From positions 173,313-237,312 of the forward strand of contig CACOMO010000001.1 of NCBI GenBank assembly GCA_902628335.1: DNA of 64,000 nt. Direction: 5' to 3'. The DNA comes from an uncultured Gammaproteobacteria bacterium. GTDB lineage: Bacteria; Pseudomonadota; Gammaproteobacteria; GCA-002705445; GCA-002716945. Of the stretch, positions 12,730 to 21,898 are shown piece by piece. Made by a program: the position numbers and the translations under genes. Position 1 is the first letter of the stretch. Every line of letters starts with the position of its first letter. Below the pieces are notes generated by a model. That model was not told the origin of the DNA. It did not search any database and saw nothing but the letters and a program-made list of their open reading frames with translations.

Positions 12730-13521
12730 TTAATAATTTTGTGGCTCTGAGCGTTTAATTCCCAAGCCATATTGTTTAGGTTTGTCTGCCGGTTCAGGCA
12801 GAAAATCTCTTGAGCCATCTGCCTCAGCTAGATGTTTTTGTATTGCTGCACCAGGTTTGTAAAACATGTGAGCGAATTTCGACCAGTACACTCCACCAAA
12901 TAATACTACGTTCGATAGAATGAATAAGAACAGGAATAATGAAGATAGTCCTGCAGAACCGATTGATTGGAAAAAGGACCACAATAACCCAAAAGTAGAT
13001 GTCGCCACTAATGCTAAAACAAAAAGATCTGCCATAACAACTCGATTCCATGGATTACCCTCTGATCTGACATCAACTCTCAGAAAGAACCAAAACCAAT
13101 ACCCACCAAGACAAGTCATTAATGCGCCAATATGCCATAAAACAGGATATAAAATCGGAGTTGCAGACGAAGTTGGATAACTAAAAATCATTATGACTGA
13201 CGTAACCCAAAAAATTATTGTCCCATACATTCCAAGTAAGTGCGCTACTCTTCTTTTAAACCCACAGAACTCTGCAGACGTAGCCACATCATTCGCAAGA
13301 GTTTTTGCAATTATGGCAACTTTCTCACCAGCTGGTACATGACGTGTAGCAGATTTTTTAAGTTTTTTTGAATTTTCAAAAAAGTACTTTGCGTTTTTTT
13401 TGTGAATCATGTCTAGTACAGTTCCCCCAACAGTAAGGGCGACCATTACAAGAACAAAGACTTGCATAGCAATGGGCGATATAAAACTAGAAAGTTCTAC
13501 GAATGGATTTATTGAAAACAT
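12730..13521 (-). CDS. aprM: APS reductase membrane anchor AprM (multi-helix integral membrane protein)
   Basis: 263 aa with about 5 hydrophobic helices. Sits between sat and aprB exactly as in sat-aprMBA loci of sulfur oxidisers. SD GGGAG lies upstream of the ATG. Confidence 0.7.
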   Translation of the reverse strand: MFSINPFVELSSFISPIAMQVFVLVMVALTVGGTVLDMIHKKNAKYFFENSKKLKKSATRHVPAGEKVAIIAKTLANDVATSAEFCGFKRRVAHLLGMYGTIIFWVTSVIMIFSYPTSSATPILYPVLWHIGALMTCLGGYWFWFFLRVDVRSEGNPWNRVVMADLFVLALVATSTFGLLWSFFQSIGSAGLSSLFLFLFILSNVVLFGGVYWSKFAHMFYKPGAAIQKHLAEADGSRDFLPEPADKPKQYGLGIKRSEPQNY

Positions 13522-13693
13522 ACAATCTCTCTCCCTATAGTATTAATTCCCTCTCTATGTCAGAAAACGGGAATTCCTGGTCCTAAAATACTACAATCCA
13601 TTGTATGGTAATTAGATTCCTTTCACTCATAAGATTATAGAATAAATTAACTGTATTAGGAATTAATTATTCACAAAAAACTGCAAAAACTTG

Positions 13694-14890
13694 CTATTTG
13701 GAACGATAATAACTCTTGAGAATATCAGCTACTTCTTTCCTAGCAAATTCTGGAGGTAAGTCTTCGTTATTTGACAGCATTTCCCTAACTTTTGTGCCGG
13801 AAAGGAGAACGAAATCGTCTTTAGTATGATCGCTTACATCTCTCATCATGACCACTTTATCTAATTTTTTAGAATAAGCGGTATGATCAGCCGCAAAGAT
13901 TTGTATTTTTAGCGACTCTTCTACAATACTTTTCTGAAATATTTCCTGAGCTGCAAAGGGGTCGTAATAGTCACCTACTCCAGCATGATCTCTTCCCACA
14001 ATTAAATGAGAGCATCCACAATTTTGTCTAAAAGTTGCGTGAAGTAGAGCTTCTCTGGGTCCTGCATACATCATGTCAAAACCAAAACCTGATATTAATG
14101 CTGTATTGGGTTGAAAATATAAATCCACCATTTTTCTTATTGCTGCATCTCTAACATCGCCGGGTATATCTCCTTCCTTAAGCTTTCCGAGAGTCATGTG
14201 TATCAAAACTCCATCTGCATTAAGAGATTCCAAAGCCATTTTACAGAGTTCCTCGTGAGCTCTGTGCATCGGATTCCTTGTTTGAAACGCTACTACTTTA
14301 CGCCATTTTAATGAGTCAAGCTTATTTCTGATCCCCATAGCAGTGTCAAACGTATTTGGGAATTCTTCAGGAAAGTAACTATAGTTTAATACTTTGATTG
14401 GGCCTGCAATTAATGTAGATCCTTGATTTATAAAATTCTTAACACCAGGGTGATTAGAATCTTTAGTCCCAAAAACATTCTCTAATATAACCTCTAACTC
14501 ATGAGCAGATAAAGTGTCAACAGAGGTTATAGTCTGAATTGCGATTGGGCGTTCATCAGAGTAATTTGGATCTAAAAGTACCAACTCTTCGCCTTTGCTA
14601 AATTCTGTAGATTTCAAGGTTGATAAATTAATAATTGGAACTGGCCAAAAAAGTCCCTCTTTAGTTTGCATTTGTAATGCTACATTCAAAGCGTCTTCTT
14701 TATCCATAAAGCCATCCAAAGGAGTAAAATAACCTGCTCCTAACATCACAACATTGGCCGCAGCAGATGAATTCAGCTTTTGACGCTTAGAAAGCGAAGC
14801 TGCCTCGATAATTTCCCTTAATCTCTCTTTATCGCTAATTATTAGGGGTTTAAGTTCTTTTGAACCATGTGGCTCTATCAAATTTGTCAT
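13694..14890 (-). CDS. sat: Sulfate adenylyltransferase (ATP sulfurylase)
   Basis: Motifs VAFQTRNPMHRAHEEL and LIVGRDHAGVG. Start trimmed from the ORF-track 14938 to the ATG at 14890 (MTNLIEPHG...), which matches the usual Sat N-terminus. Confidence 0.92.
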   Translation of the reverse strand: MTNLIEPHGSKELKPLIISDKERLREIIEAASLSKRQKLNSSAAANVVMLGAGYFTPLDGFMDKEDALNVALQMQTKEGLFWPVPIINLSTLKSTEFSKGEELVLLDPNYSDERPIAIQTITSVDTLSAHELEVILENVFGTKDSNHPGVKNFINQGSTLIAGPIKVLNYSYFPEEFPNTFDTAMGIRNKLDSLKWRKVVAFQTRNPMHRAHEELCKMALESLNADGVLIHMTLGKLKEGDIPGDVRDAAIRKMVDLYFQPNTALISGFGFDMMYAGPREALLHATFRQNCGCSHLIVGRDHAGVGDYYDPFAAQEIFQKSIVEESLKIQIFAADHTAYSKKLDKVVMMRDVSDHTKDDFVLLSGTKVREMLSNNEDLPPEFARKEVADILKSYYRSK

Positions 14891-15071
14891 AAAAAATCCA
14901 TAAATTTTTGTTAATATAGCAATTGATGATAGCGACAAGTAATAATATAATCAACGTTGCTGAAAAATCAAAGTAAGTTTTATATTACTAAAATTGTGGT
15001 ATTTTTTACAAGTGATTTTGTTAGTATTTGAAGATTAAAAAAATTGTAAAACGTTATAATAATTAGATAGT

Positions 15072-16991
15072 ATGGAAGAAATTTTAGAAATAAGGGATGG
15101 GTGTAAGACACCATCACAATTACTTAAAAGTAAAGCCTTCGCTCAGTATCTCGAAATTTACAAACGAGAATTCATCAAAGAGCTCAAAAAAAGAGAGGAT
15201 AAAGATCTCAAAGAAGAGGTGCTGCACAAGATACACTATATCGAAAACATAGATCCTAAAGTATTTGTATCTATCTTGGAGGGAGAAACTCCTTTCTCTG
15301 GAGATGAATTGAGAGATTACAAAGATAGTGTTCAATTCCTCGATGGTGCATTTCATCATTACAGGACAAAATCATACACTCGGTTGGTACGACTACACAA
15401 TGAAATCATAGATAATTCACTTAATGCTGAAGAAATTAAAGACAAAGTTTCTGCTAAGGCAGATAAGCTATCTGATCTGATATTGGAAACTCGAAGAATA
15501 CTACTTGTCAAAGTTGGTCTTGGCGCGGGGGTCAGAAGAACCCAAGGTCTAGAGTGTCATCCAAATGTTGCAGTTGGTGAGGTTTCAGGACATTTCGTAA
15601 AATTACCATCAGAGTACTCGAATCTAAATCAAGTGCCTGTGACCACAGCTGCAGACATGAGGACAGGAGTCTACTACACGACTCATGCAAATAAACGTGC
15701 TTTCCCTTTCTTTGCTCTTGATCATAACCCAATAAAAAATGATCTGTTCAATCCAGATGAATATGTAGCAATTCCTTTTGAGATAGGTGCATGGAACATT
15801 CTATGTTACATACATAAAACCCGTGGATATATAGAGATCGAGCCAGGTTTGTTAAACTTATTTCCATTTTCAAAAGTAGAGAACATTACAACTAAACAAC
15901 CAGATGGAATATTCGTATTAGGGTGCCCAAATTCAGATATGAAAGACTTAGGATATTATCATGACGAAGAGAATGACATTTTAGTCGGTTTAATACCTGG
16001 ACTCGATGAATGTCAATATTTTGGGTACGGTAAAAAACCAATGTTAACACTTCATAATGTATTGTGTATTCTCAAGGGAGATTTGCCTCTTCACTGTGGA
16101 GCAACGAGATATGTAGTTAGGTTTGATGAGAAAACTGGTGACCCATATATTTTTGACTCCTTAATCAAAGCAGATGATATGGGACGAGCAATATTAGAAA
16201 AAAATGGTAGCGATGAAGAAGTGCCCTATTTTTACGGAACAGAAACTGGCGCATTTGCCTGTCTAGATGGTTTCAGCGAATATGCAAAAATGCAAATGGA
16301 AGGAAGAGAAATTGGATATAACAAACACTCTGGAACGAATGCTCGTCAAATTGTCCCTGTGACTGAGTATTCTGAAATCTCTACAGGTTCAGAATTAGAT
16401 ATACTCTTATACCTAAATAACTACGATATCATTCCAAAAGGTGAGAGTTGTATGAAAGCAGATATGAAACCAGATGATGCTTTAGAACATTTCAGAAGCG
16501 GTGCAAGAGTTGCAGCTGGTAGTACACAAACACATCGAGGAGAAGTTGAAATTAGCTACTGGGCAAACCCATTCCCTTTACTGAAAGATAAAGAATGGAA
16601 AGTCTTGCCAGAGCACACAGATATATGTGAGAAGTTTGAAAAAATAGAAAAGAGATTTTTTGATAATTTCAAAAAAAGAGTCAAATCAGGAAAAATGAAA
16701 ATAGGTGTTGCTCATAGCATGTTGATGGCTGGTGTTTACAAAGAAAGCACTGACGATGTTTTAACTAAAGGTGGTTTTACCGAAAGAGATCTTGTTGAAC
16801 ATCATGGTCCTGAGCGCGCGGCACATGACATGATTGATCTGATTAAACAAACAGCAATCGAAAAAAGAAAAAGGCTTGGGGGTAATACTAAAGAAGTAGA
16901 TGTTACCATTGCTACTATCGGTGATAGTAGAACAGGGAAATCTGAAATGGCGGAAAAGATGGAAGGTGTTCTGAGCATGAGTTTAATTTAA
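15072..16991 (+). CDS. Uncharacterised PEPCK/HprK-superfamily protein (639 aa) with C-terminal P-loop
   Basis: aa 317-345 FGYGKKPMLTLHNVLCILKGDLPLHCGAT resembles the ATP-PEPCK active-site segment. aa 609-627 VDVTIATIGDSRTGKSEMA resembles the HprK/P Walker A. The rest is unrecognised. Divergent from sat. Confidence 0.6.
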   Translation: MEEILEIRDGCKTPSQLLKSKAFAQYLEIYKREFIKELKKREDKDLKEEVLHKIHYIENIDPKVFVSILEGETPFSGDELRDYKDSVQFLDGAFHHYRTKSYTRLVRLHNEIIDNSLNAEEIKDKVSAKADKLSDLILETRRILLVKVGLGAGVRRTQGLECHPNVAVGEVSGHFVKLPSEYSNLNQVPVTTAADMRTGVYYTTHANKRAFPFFALDHNPIKNDLFNPDEYVAIPFEIGAWNILCYIHKTRGYIEIEPGLLNLFPFSKVENITTKQPDGIFVLGCPNSDMKDLGYYHDEENDILVGLIPGLDECQYFGYGKKPMLTLHNVLCILKGDLPLHCGATRYVVRFDEKTGDPYIFDSLIKADDMGRAILEKNGSDEEVPYFYGTETGAFACLDGFSEYAKMQMEGREIGYNKHSGTNARQIVPVTEYSEISTGSELDILLYLNNYDIIPKGESCMKADMKPDDALEHFRSGARVAAGSTQTHRGEVEISYWANPFPLLKDKEWKVLPEHTDICEKFEKIEKRFFDNFKKRVKSGKMKIGVAHSMLMAGVYKESTDDVLTKGGFTERDLVEHHGPERAAHDMIDLIKQTAIEKRKRLGGNTKEVDVTIATIGDSRTGKSEMAEKMEGVLSMSLI

Positions 16992-17019
16992 CTTACTTAG
17001 AACATCATAAGAGTATTCC

Positions 17020-17047
17020 TTGACATATCAGATAAAATACATATCAT
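17020..17047 (+). promoter_or_regulatory. Putative sigma70 promoter of trxA
   Basis: TTGACA (17020-17025), 16-nt spacer, TATCAT (17042-17047). AGAGGA Shine-Dalgarno precedes the GTG start at 17114. Confidence 0.45.
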
Positions 17048-17113
17048 ATATATATTCAGTTTAATATCTAAATTCTAATCTTTTTTATTACATTTTTTAA
17101 AGAGGACACATAA

Positions 17114-17434
17114 GTGAGTACAGTGCAAAATGTTACGGATGCTAGTTTTGAAACAGACGTTCTCAAATCTGAAGTTCCTGTGTTAATAGATTTTTGGGCG
17201 GAATGGTGTGGACCATGTAAAATACTTGGGCCTGTGATTGATGAAGTTTCAGGTGGCTATGATAATGTTAAATTCATGAAACTTAACATAGATGAAAATC
17301 CCCAGACTGCACCAAAATATGGGATAAGAGGCATACCGACCCTAATGATCTTTAAAAATGGAGAACTCGTAGCGACAAATGTTGGAGTGCTTACAAAGAG
17401 TGAACTAGAAAAATTTATTAATGACAACATTTAA
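17114..17434 (+). CDS. trxA: Thioredoxin
   Basis: Active site WAEWCGPCK; 106 aa; GTG start with a good SD; upstream of rho as in many Proteobacteria. Confidence 0.95.
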   Translation: MSTVQNVTDASFETDVLKSEVPVLIDFWAEWCGPCKILGPVIDEVSGGYDNVKFMKLNIDENPQTAPKYGIRGIPTLMIFKNGELVATNVGVLTKSELEKFINDNI

Positions 17435-17488
17435 GAGGGAAACTTTTCTATCTTATTATTCAATCAAAAAATCAAGCAATAAAGAAAT

Positions 17489-18745
17489 ATGAATCTTACT
17501 GAACTTAAAGACAAACCTATCAAAGAATTGGTTGAAATGGCTGAGAAAATGGGTGCAGAGAATGTCGGCCGTCTCAGAAAACAAGATATAATATTTTCTA
17601 TCCTGAAAAATCACTCATCAAGCGGAGAAGATATATCAGGCGGTGGTGTTCTTGAAATTTTACAAGACGGATTTGGTTTTCTGAGAAACTCAAGTAGCTC
17701 TTATCTCGCAGGACCTGATGATATTTATGTATCACCGAGTCAAATTAGAAAATTTTCTCTTAGAACTGGTGATACGGTTGAAGGCAAAATTAGACCACCT
17801 AAAGAGGGTGAGAGGTACTTTGCATTACTTAAAGTTGATAATGTCAATTTTGATTCTACCGAAAATGCAAGACACAAAATTCTTTTCGAGAACTTAACTC
17901 CTTTACATGCGAATAAAAGATTGAGATTAGAAGTCGGAAATGGTAGCAGAGAAGATATATCAGGAAGATTAGTTGATATAGCTGCTCCGATTGGAAAAGG
18001 ACAGAGAGGACTAATTATATCTCCACCAAAAGCAGGTAAAACTATAATGTTACAACAGATCGCACAAAGCCTTACGACTAATAACCCAGAATCAATTCTT
18101 ATAGTCTTGCTGATAGATGAGAGACCAGAGGAAGTTACTGAAATGTCAAGGATGGTTAAAGGCGAAGTTGTCGCAAGCACATTCGATGAACCCGCTAACA
18201 GACACGTTCAAGTTGCAGAAATGGTAATAGAAAAAGCGAAGAGGCTAGTTGAGCACAAAAAAGATGTAATCATTTTACTAGACTCAATAACAAGATTAGC
18301 GCGCGCATACAACACCATAGCTCCATCCTCCGGTAAAGTTTTATCAGGTGGTGTAGATGCGAACTCATTAACCAAACCAAAAAGATTTTTCGGAGGAGCA
18401 AGAAATATCGAAGAAGGGGGGAGTTTAACCATTCTTGCAACTGCTTTAATAGATACAGGCTCAAAAATGGATGAAGTCATTTATGAAGAGTTTAAAGGTA
18501 CAGGAAATATGGAAGTACATCTTGATAGGAGAATTGCCGAAAAAAGGATTTATCCTGCCATAAACATCAATAGATCAGGGACAAGGAGAGAGGAGCTTCT
18601 TACTACTCCTGATGAATTGCAAAAAATTTGGATTTTAAGAAAAGTACTCCACTCTATGGACGAACTTGATGCGATGGAATTTATGCTTAATAAATTGCAA
18701 GCTACTAAGACAAATTCAGAATTCTTCGAATCAATGAAGAAATAA
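17489..18745 (+). CDS. rho: Transcription termination factor Rho
   Basis: N-terminal MNLTELK...ELVEMAE, CSD-like RNA-binding region, Walker A PPKAGKT; 418 aa. Confidence 0.97.
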   Translation: MNLTELKDKPIKELVEMAEKMGAENVGRLRKQDIIFSILKNHSSSGEDISGGGVLEILQDGFGFLRNSSSSYLAGPDDIYVSPSQIRKFSLRTGDTVEGKIRPPKEGERYFALLKVDNVNFDSTENARHKILFENLTPLHANKRLRLEVGNGSREDISGRLVDIAAPIGKGQRGLIISPPKAGKTIMLQQIAQSLTTNNPESILIVLLIDERPEEVTEMSRMVKGEVVASTFDEPANRHVQVAEMVIEKAKRLVEHKKDVIILLDSITRLARAYNTIAPSSGKVLSGGVDANSLTKPKRFFGGARNIEEGGSLTILATALIDTGSKMDEVIYEEFKGTGNMEVHLDRRIAEKRIYPAININRSGTRREELLTTPDELQKIWILRKVLHSMDELDAMEFMLNKLQATKTNSEFFESMKK

Positions 18746-20080
18746 TTATCCTCCTATATCCTCTCTAAAAAATGTTAAATTGTTGTCCTCATGCTTGAAC
18801 TCCTTATCTATAAAAGTTCTAATTTTTTTCACATTCACATAAGCTAAGTCAATACATTTTTGTCTATCTAATCCAAAAGTATTGACTGTCAGAATTCTTC
18901 CACCTGTTGATTTAATCCTACCATCCTCTATTACAGTACCAGCGTGAAAGATCTTTAAGTTTTCACTTTCATTTACCTCTGATAGATCAACGTAAAAATC
19001 TTTTTTATAAGAATTTGGGTAGCCATTAGCTGCAAGCACTATCGTGCATGAATAATGTTTTTTTTCATTGATATAATCTAGATTATAGTCGCGACTGCCT
19101 TCGTGGTTATTCTCAAGGATTAAGTTTAGAAAATCGATTTTCATATTTTCAAGGTAGATCATTAAATTTTGAGTCTCTGGATCTCCCATTCTACAATTAT
19201 ATTCCAATAATTTAATATTATTATCAGCATCAATCATGAGACCTAGATATAAAAATCCTAGGTAACGCATGTTCGTATCTTTAAGCTGCTCATTTATATT
19301 AAGAATTGTTTTTGTAAGTATTTTCTCTATCTCAATGTGAAGTTTGAATATAATATTTTTGTGTTCGTCTAGTATAGGATGAATAACTGCTCCCATTCCG
19401 CCAGTATTAGGACCACTATTATACTCATCACGTGATTTATAATCCTTTGTCCATGGTAAAGATATTTCAAAAGTAGGACCACTAAAATTGCAGATATACA
19501 TAGCAGATAATTCTTGACCGACTAGGAAGTCTTCTATAACTAATTTTTCAGAGTGATTTGAGTTGAATACTTTTTCAATTGCTTTTCTGGCTTCTAAATC
19601 ATCATTGCAAATCGTTACACCTTTACCAGCTGCTAAACCATCCGCTTTAATGACTGTGGGATAGTTAATTTCACTAAGATGATTCAGAGCAGCCTCTGGA
19701 TCACAGAATTCTTTATAGTTTGCGGTCATTATTTTATTCTTAGTCATAAAGTTCTTAGAAAAAACTTTTGACCCTTCTAATTCTGCAAATTCTTTCGAAG
19801 GTCCAAAGATTTTTAAATCTAAATTTCTAAAATCATTGACTATACCATCGACTAGGGGTGCCTCAGGTCCAACTATTGTTAAGTTAATTTGATTAGATTT
19901 AACAAAATCTATAATTTCTTTATGATTATTTAAATTAATGTCAACATTGGTGACATTTTTCTCTAATGATGTACCTGCATTTCCAGGACAAACAAATACC
20001 TCAGTGACATCATTTGATTTTGACAGTTTCCATGCAATCGCATGCTCTCTTCCTCCTTGTCCAAGTACAAGTATTTTCAT
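18746..20080 (-). CDS. purD: Phosphoribosylamine--glycine ligase
   Basis: MKILVLGQGGREHAIAWKL start. The ORF-track 5' extension to 20176 overlaps purH and was trimmed to the ATG at 20080. Confidence 0.9.
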   Translation of the reverse strand: MKILVLGQGGREHAIAWKLSKSNDVTEVFVCPGNAGTSLEKNVTNVDINLNNHKEIIDFVKSNQINLTIVGPEAPLVDGIVNDFRNLDLKIFGPSKEFAELEGSKVFSKNFMTKNKIMTANYKEFCDPEAALNHLSEINYPTVIKADGLAAGKGVTICNDDLEARKAIEKVFNSNHSEKLVIEDFLVGQELSAMYICNFSGPTFEISLPWTKDYKSRDEYNSGPNTGGMGAVIHPILDEHKNIIFKLHIEIEKILTKTILNINEQLKDTNMRYLGFLYLGLMIDADNNIKLLEYNCRMGDPETQNLMIYLENMKIDFLNLILENNHEGSRDYNLDYINEKKHYSCTIVLAANGYPNSYKKDFYVDLSEVNESENLKIFHAGTVIEDGRIKSTGGRILTVNTFGLDRQKCIDLAYVNVKKIRTFIDKEFKHEDNNLTFFREDIGG

Positions 20081-20084
20081 ATTA

Positions 20085-21641
20085 TTAATGTTTAAAAACT
20101 CTCGTGCCACTAAAGACCATGGATATTTTATGTTTGTCAGCGACAGCAATGATGTCTTTGTCTTTAAGAGATCCACCAGGTTGAATTATGCTTGTTACAC
20201 CTATTTTATGAGCGAGATCCACATTATCTCTAAAAGGGAAAAATGCCTCAGATGCCATCACAGAACCTTTTAAGTTTATTTTGAAGTTTTTTGCTTTTTC
20301 TTTTGCGATCTTCGTTGAGTCGATTCGACTCATTTGACCAGCACCAATCGCGAGAGTTTTTTTATTTTTAACAAACACTATAGCGTTAGATTTTACATAT
20401 CTTGCAACTTTAAATGCAAAAATTAAATCCTCATACTGACCTATAGTTGGTTTTTTCTTAGTAACTCTCTTTAAATCTTTCATGCTAATATTTTTATTAT
20501 CCGAAGTCTGAATTAAGATTTTGTTCTTAAGTGATTTAATCTCAAAAGATTTTACTCTCTTTTTAATATTTTTGATAACTATCAATCTCACATTAGGCTT
20601 CTTTTTTAATTGCTCTAAACAAGTTTTATCGACACCAGGAGTTACTATAACTTCTACAAATTGCTTTTTGATGATTTTTGTCAACAGCTCTGTATTCAAT
20701 CTTCTGTTAATGGCTATTATTCCACCAAATGATGAGATTGGATCACATCTAAAACTTTTTTGATATGCTGAAACTATAGAAGAACACTCTGCTACTCCAC
20801 ATGGATTGGCATGTTTTACTATTACGCAAGCGGGTTCAAGAAATTGTTGAACACACGAATAGGCGCAATCTACGTCCACAAGATTATTATATGAGAGCTC
20901 TTTGCCTGATAATTGTGAAAAATTAAAATCATCTAATTTTGGCGATAAAATTTGATAGAGTGCTGCATCTTGATGGGGGTTCTCTCCATATCTAAGAGAA
21001 GATTCCTTCTTAAGCTCAATGGATGAGAATGAGTCATATAAAATAGATTCATCTCCACTATCCCTATCAAGGAATTTATTTATTACTCTGTCGTAATTAG
21101 AGGTATGATCAAAGACCTTTGCGGCTAATTTTTTTCTCATTTGAAAAGTCGTGTTACCTGTCTTTTTAATCTGATCCAATACAGCAGTATAATCATGAGG
21201 ATCGACAACCGTGGTCACTCGATGGTGATTTTTTGCCGCTGCTCTCAACATAGCAGGTCCACCAATATCAATGTTTTCTATAGCATTATCAAAAGTACAT
21301 TTAGGATCAGAGACAATATTAAAAAATGGATAGAGATTAACAATCACAATATCTATTAGTTTGTAATTATCTTTCAAATTAACGAGATCGCTCTGTTTTC
21401 TTGCCAAGATACCAGCATGTATTCTGGGATGTAATGTTTTTACTCTTCCACCAAGAATTTCCTCAAAGTTGGTGAATTTAGATATTGTAATTATCTCTAT
21501 TCCATGTTTTTGTAGATATTTAGAAGTTCCACCTGTTGAAATAATTTCATAATTAAGATTAATCAAGCTATTTGCGATTTTTTCAATGTCAGTTTTATCA
21601 GAGACGCTTATAAGAGCAATTTTTTTCTCTCTAGCAGACAT
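20085..21641 (-). CDS. purH: Bifunctional AICAR transformylase / IMP cyclohydrolase
   Basis: ALISVSDKT, GGTSKYL, and a C-terminal ...SGTRVFKH-type ending. The ATG at 21641 is preferred over the TTG at 21647. Confidence 0.94.
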   Translation of the reverse strand: MSAREKKIALISVSDKTDIEKIANSLINLNYEIISTGGTSKYLQKHGIEIITISKFTNFEEILGGRVKTLHPRIHAGILARKQSDLVNLKDNYKLIDIVIVNLYPFFNIVSDPKCTFDNAIENIDIGGPAMLRAAAKNHHRVTTVVDPHDYTAVLDQIKKTGNTTFQMRKKLAAKVFDHTSNYDRVINKFLDRDSGDESILYDSFSSIELKKESSLRYGENPHQDAALYQILSPKLDDFNFSQLSGKELSYNNLVDVDCAYSCVQQFLEPACVIVKHANPCGVAECSSIVSAYQKSFRCDPISSFGGIIAINRRLNTELLTKIIKKQFVEVIVTPGVDKTCLEQLKKKPNVRLIVIKNIKKRVKSFEIKSLKNKILIQTSDNKNISMKDLKRVTKKKPTIGQYEDLIFAFKVARYVKSNAIVFVKNKKTLAIGAGQMSRIDSTKIAKEKAKNFKINLKGSVMASEAFFPFRDNVDLAHKIGVTSIIQPGGSLKDKDIIAVADKHKISMVFSGTRVFKH

Positions 21642-21643
21642 TA

Positions 21644-21898
21644 TCAAGTGCTAATTCCGTATTCTTTGATTCTTTTGATCAAGGTACCCCTGTTGATGCC
21701 AAGATAATCTGCAGTTTTAGTAACATTTCCGTTTAGGTGATCTAAAACAGCTGAGATTAGAGATTTTTCTACCTCGGATATAAAAAGATTGTGTAAATTA
21801 TTTACTCCTTGACCATTCATCTTATCAATATAAGCAATTGTCTCATTTTTAATGATTTTACTTATCGACGAGTTAACGTTTTTAAGCGATTTTTTCAT
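21644..21898 (-). CDS. fis: Fis family DNA-binding protein
   Basis: C-terminal HTH GNVTKTADYLGINRGTLIKRIKEYGI parallels E. coli Fis. Lies directly upstream of purH. The ATG at 21898 is preferred; a TTG at 21928 is possible. Confidence 0.75.
   Translation of the reverse strand: MKKSLKNVNSSISKIIKNETIAYIDKMNGQGVNNLHNLFISEVEKSLISAVLDHLNGNVTKTADYLGINRGTLIKRIKEYGIST

Noticed and set aside
12217-13180. Alternative-frame or antisense ORFs over aprB/aprM (12217-12534, 12824-13051, 12920-13180)
   Set aside because: They are fully overlapped by genes with clear Fe-S motifs or TM architecture and operon logic. They have no motifs of their own.
13583-13630. 15-codon minus-strand uORF (MSERNLITIQWIVVF) in the sat-aprM spacer, starting 3 nt after a TATAAT
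   Set aside because: It has no SD and no conservation data, and such short ORFs are expected by chance in AT-rich DNA. It is mentioned only as a possible leader peptide.
14891-14938. 16-codon 5' extension of sat in the ORF track
   Set aside because: The extension (MSLSSIAILTKIYGFF) has no counterpart in Sat proteins. The internal ATG gives the usual N-terminus (MTNLIEPHG).
10380-16991. Possible GC-rich compositional island covering apr-sat and the PEPCK-like ORF
   Set aside because: Hand counts of a few 60-nt lines gave about 42-45% GC here, but a similar value in rho. Only membrane or low-expression genes (for example uppP, about 23%) were much lower. The difference tracks gene type, not an island. 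A proper sliding-window or codon analysis is needed.
20081-20176. 32-codon 5' extension of purD overlapping the purH 3' end
   Set aside because: The canonical PurD N-terminus MKILVLGQGGREHA starts at 20080. The extension would overlap purH by 92 nt.
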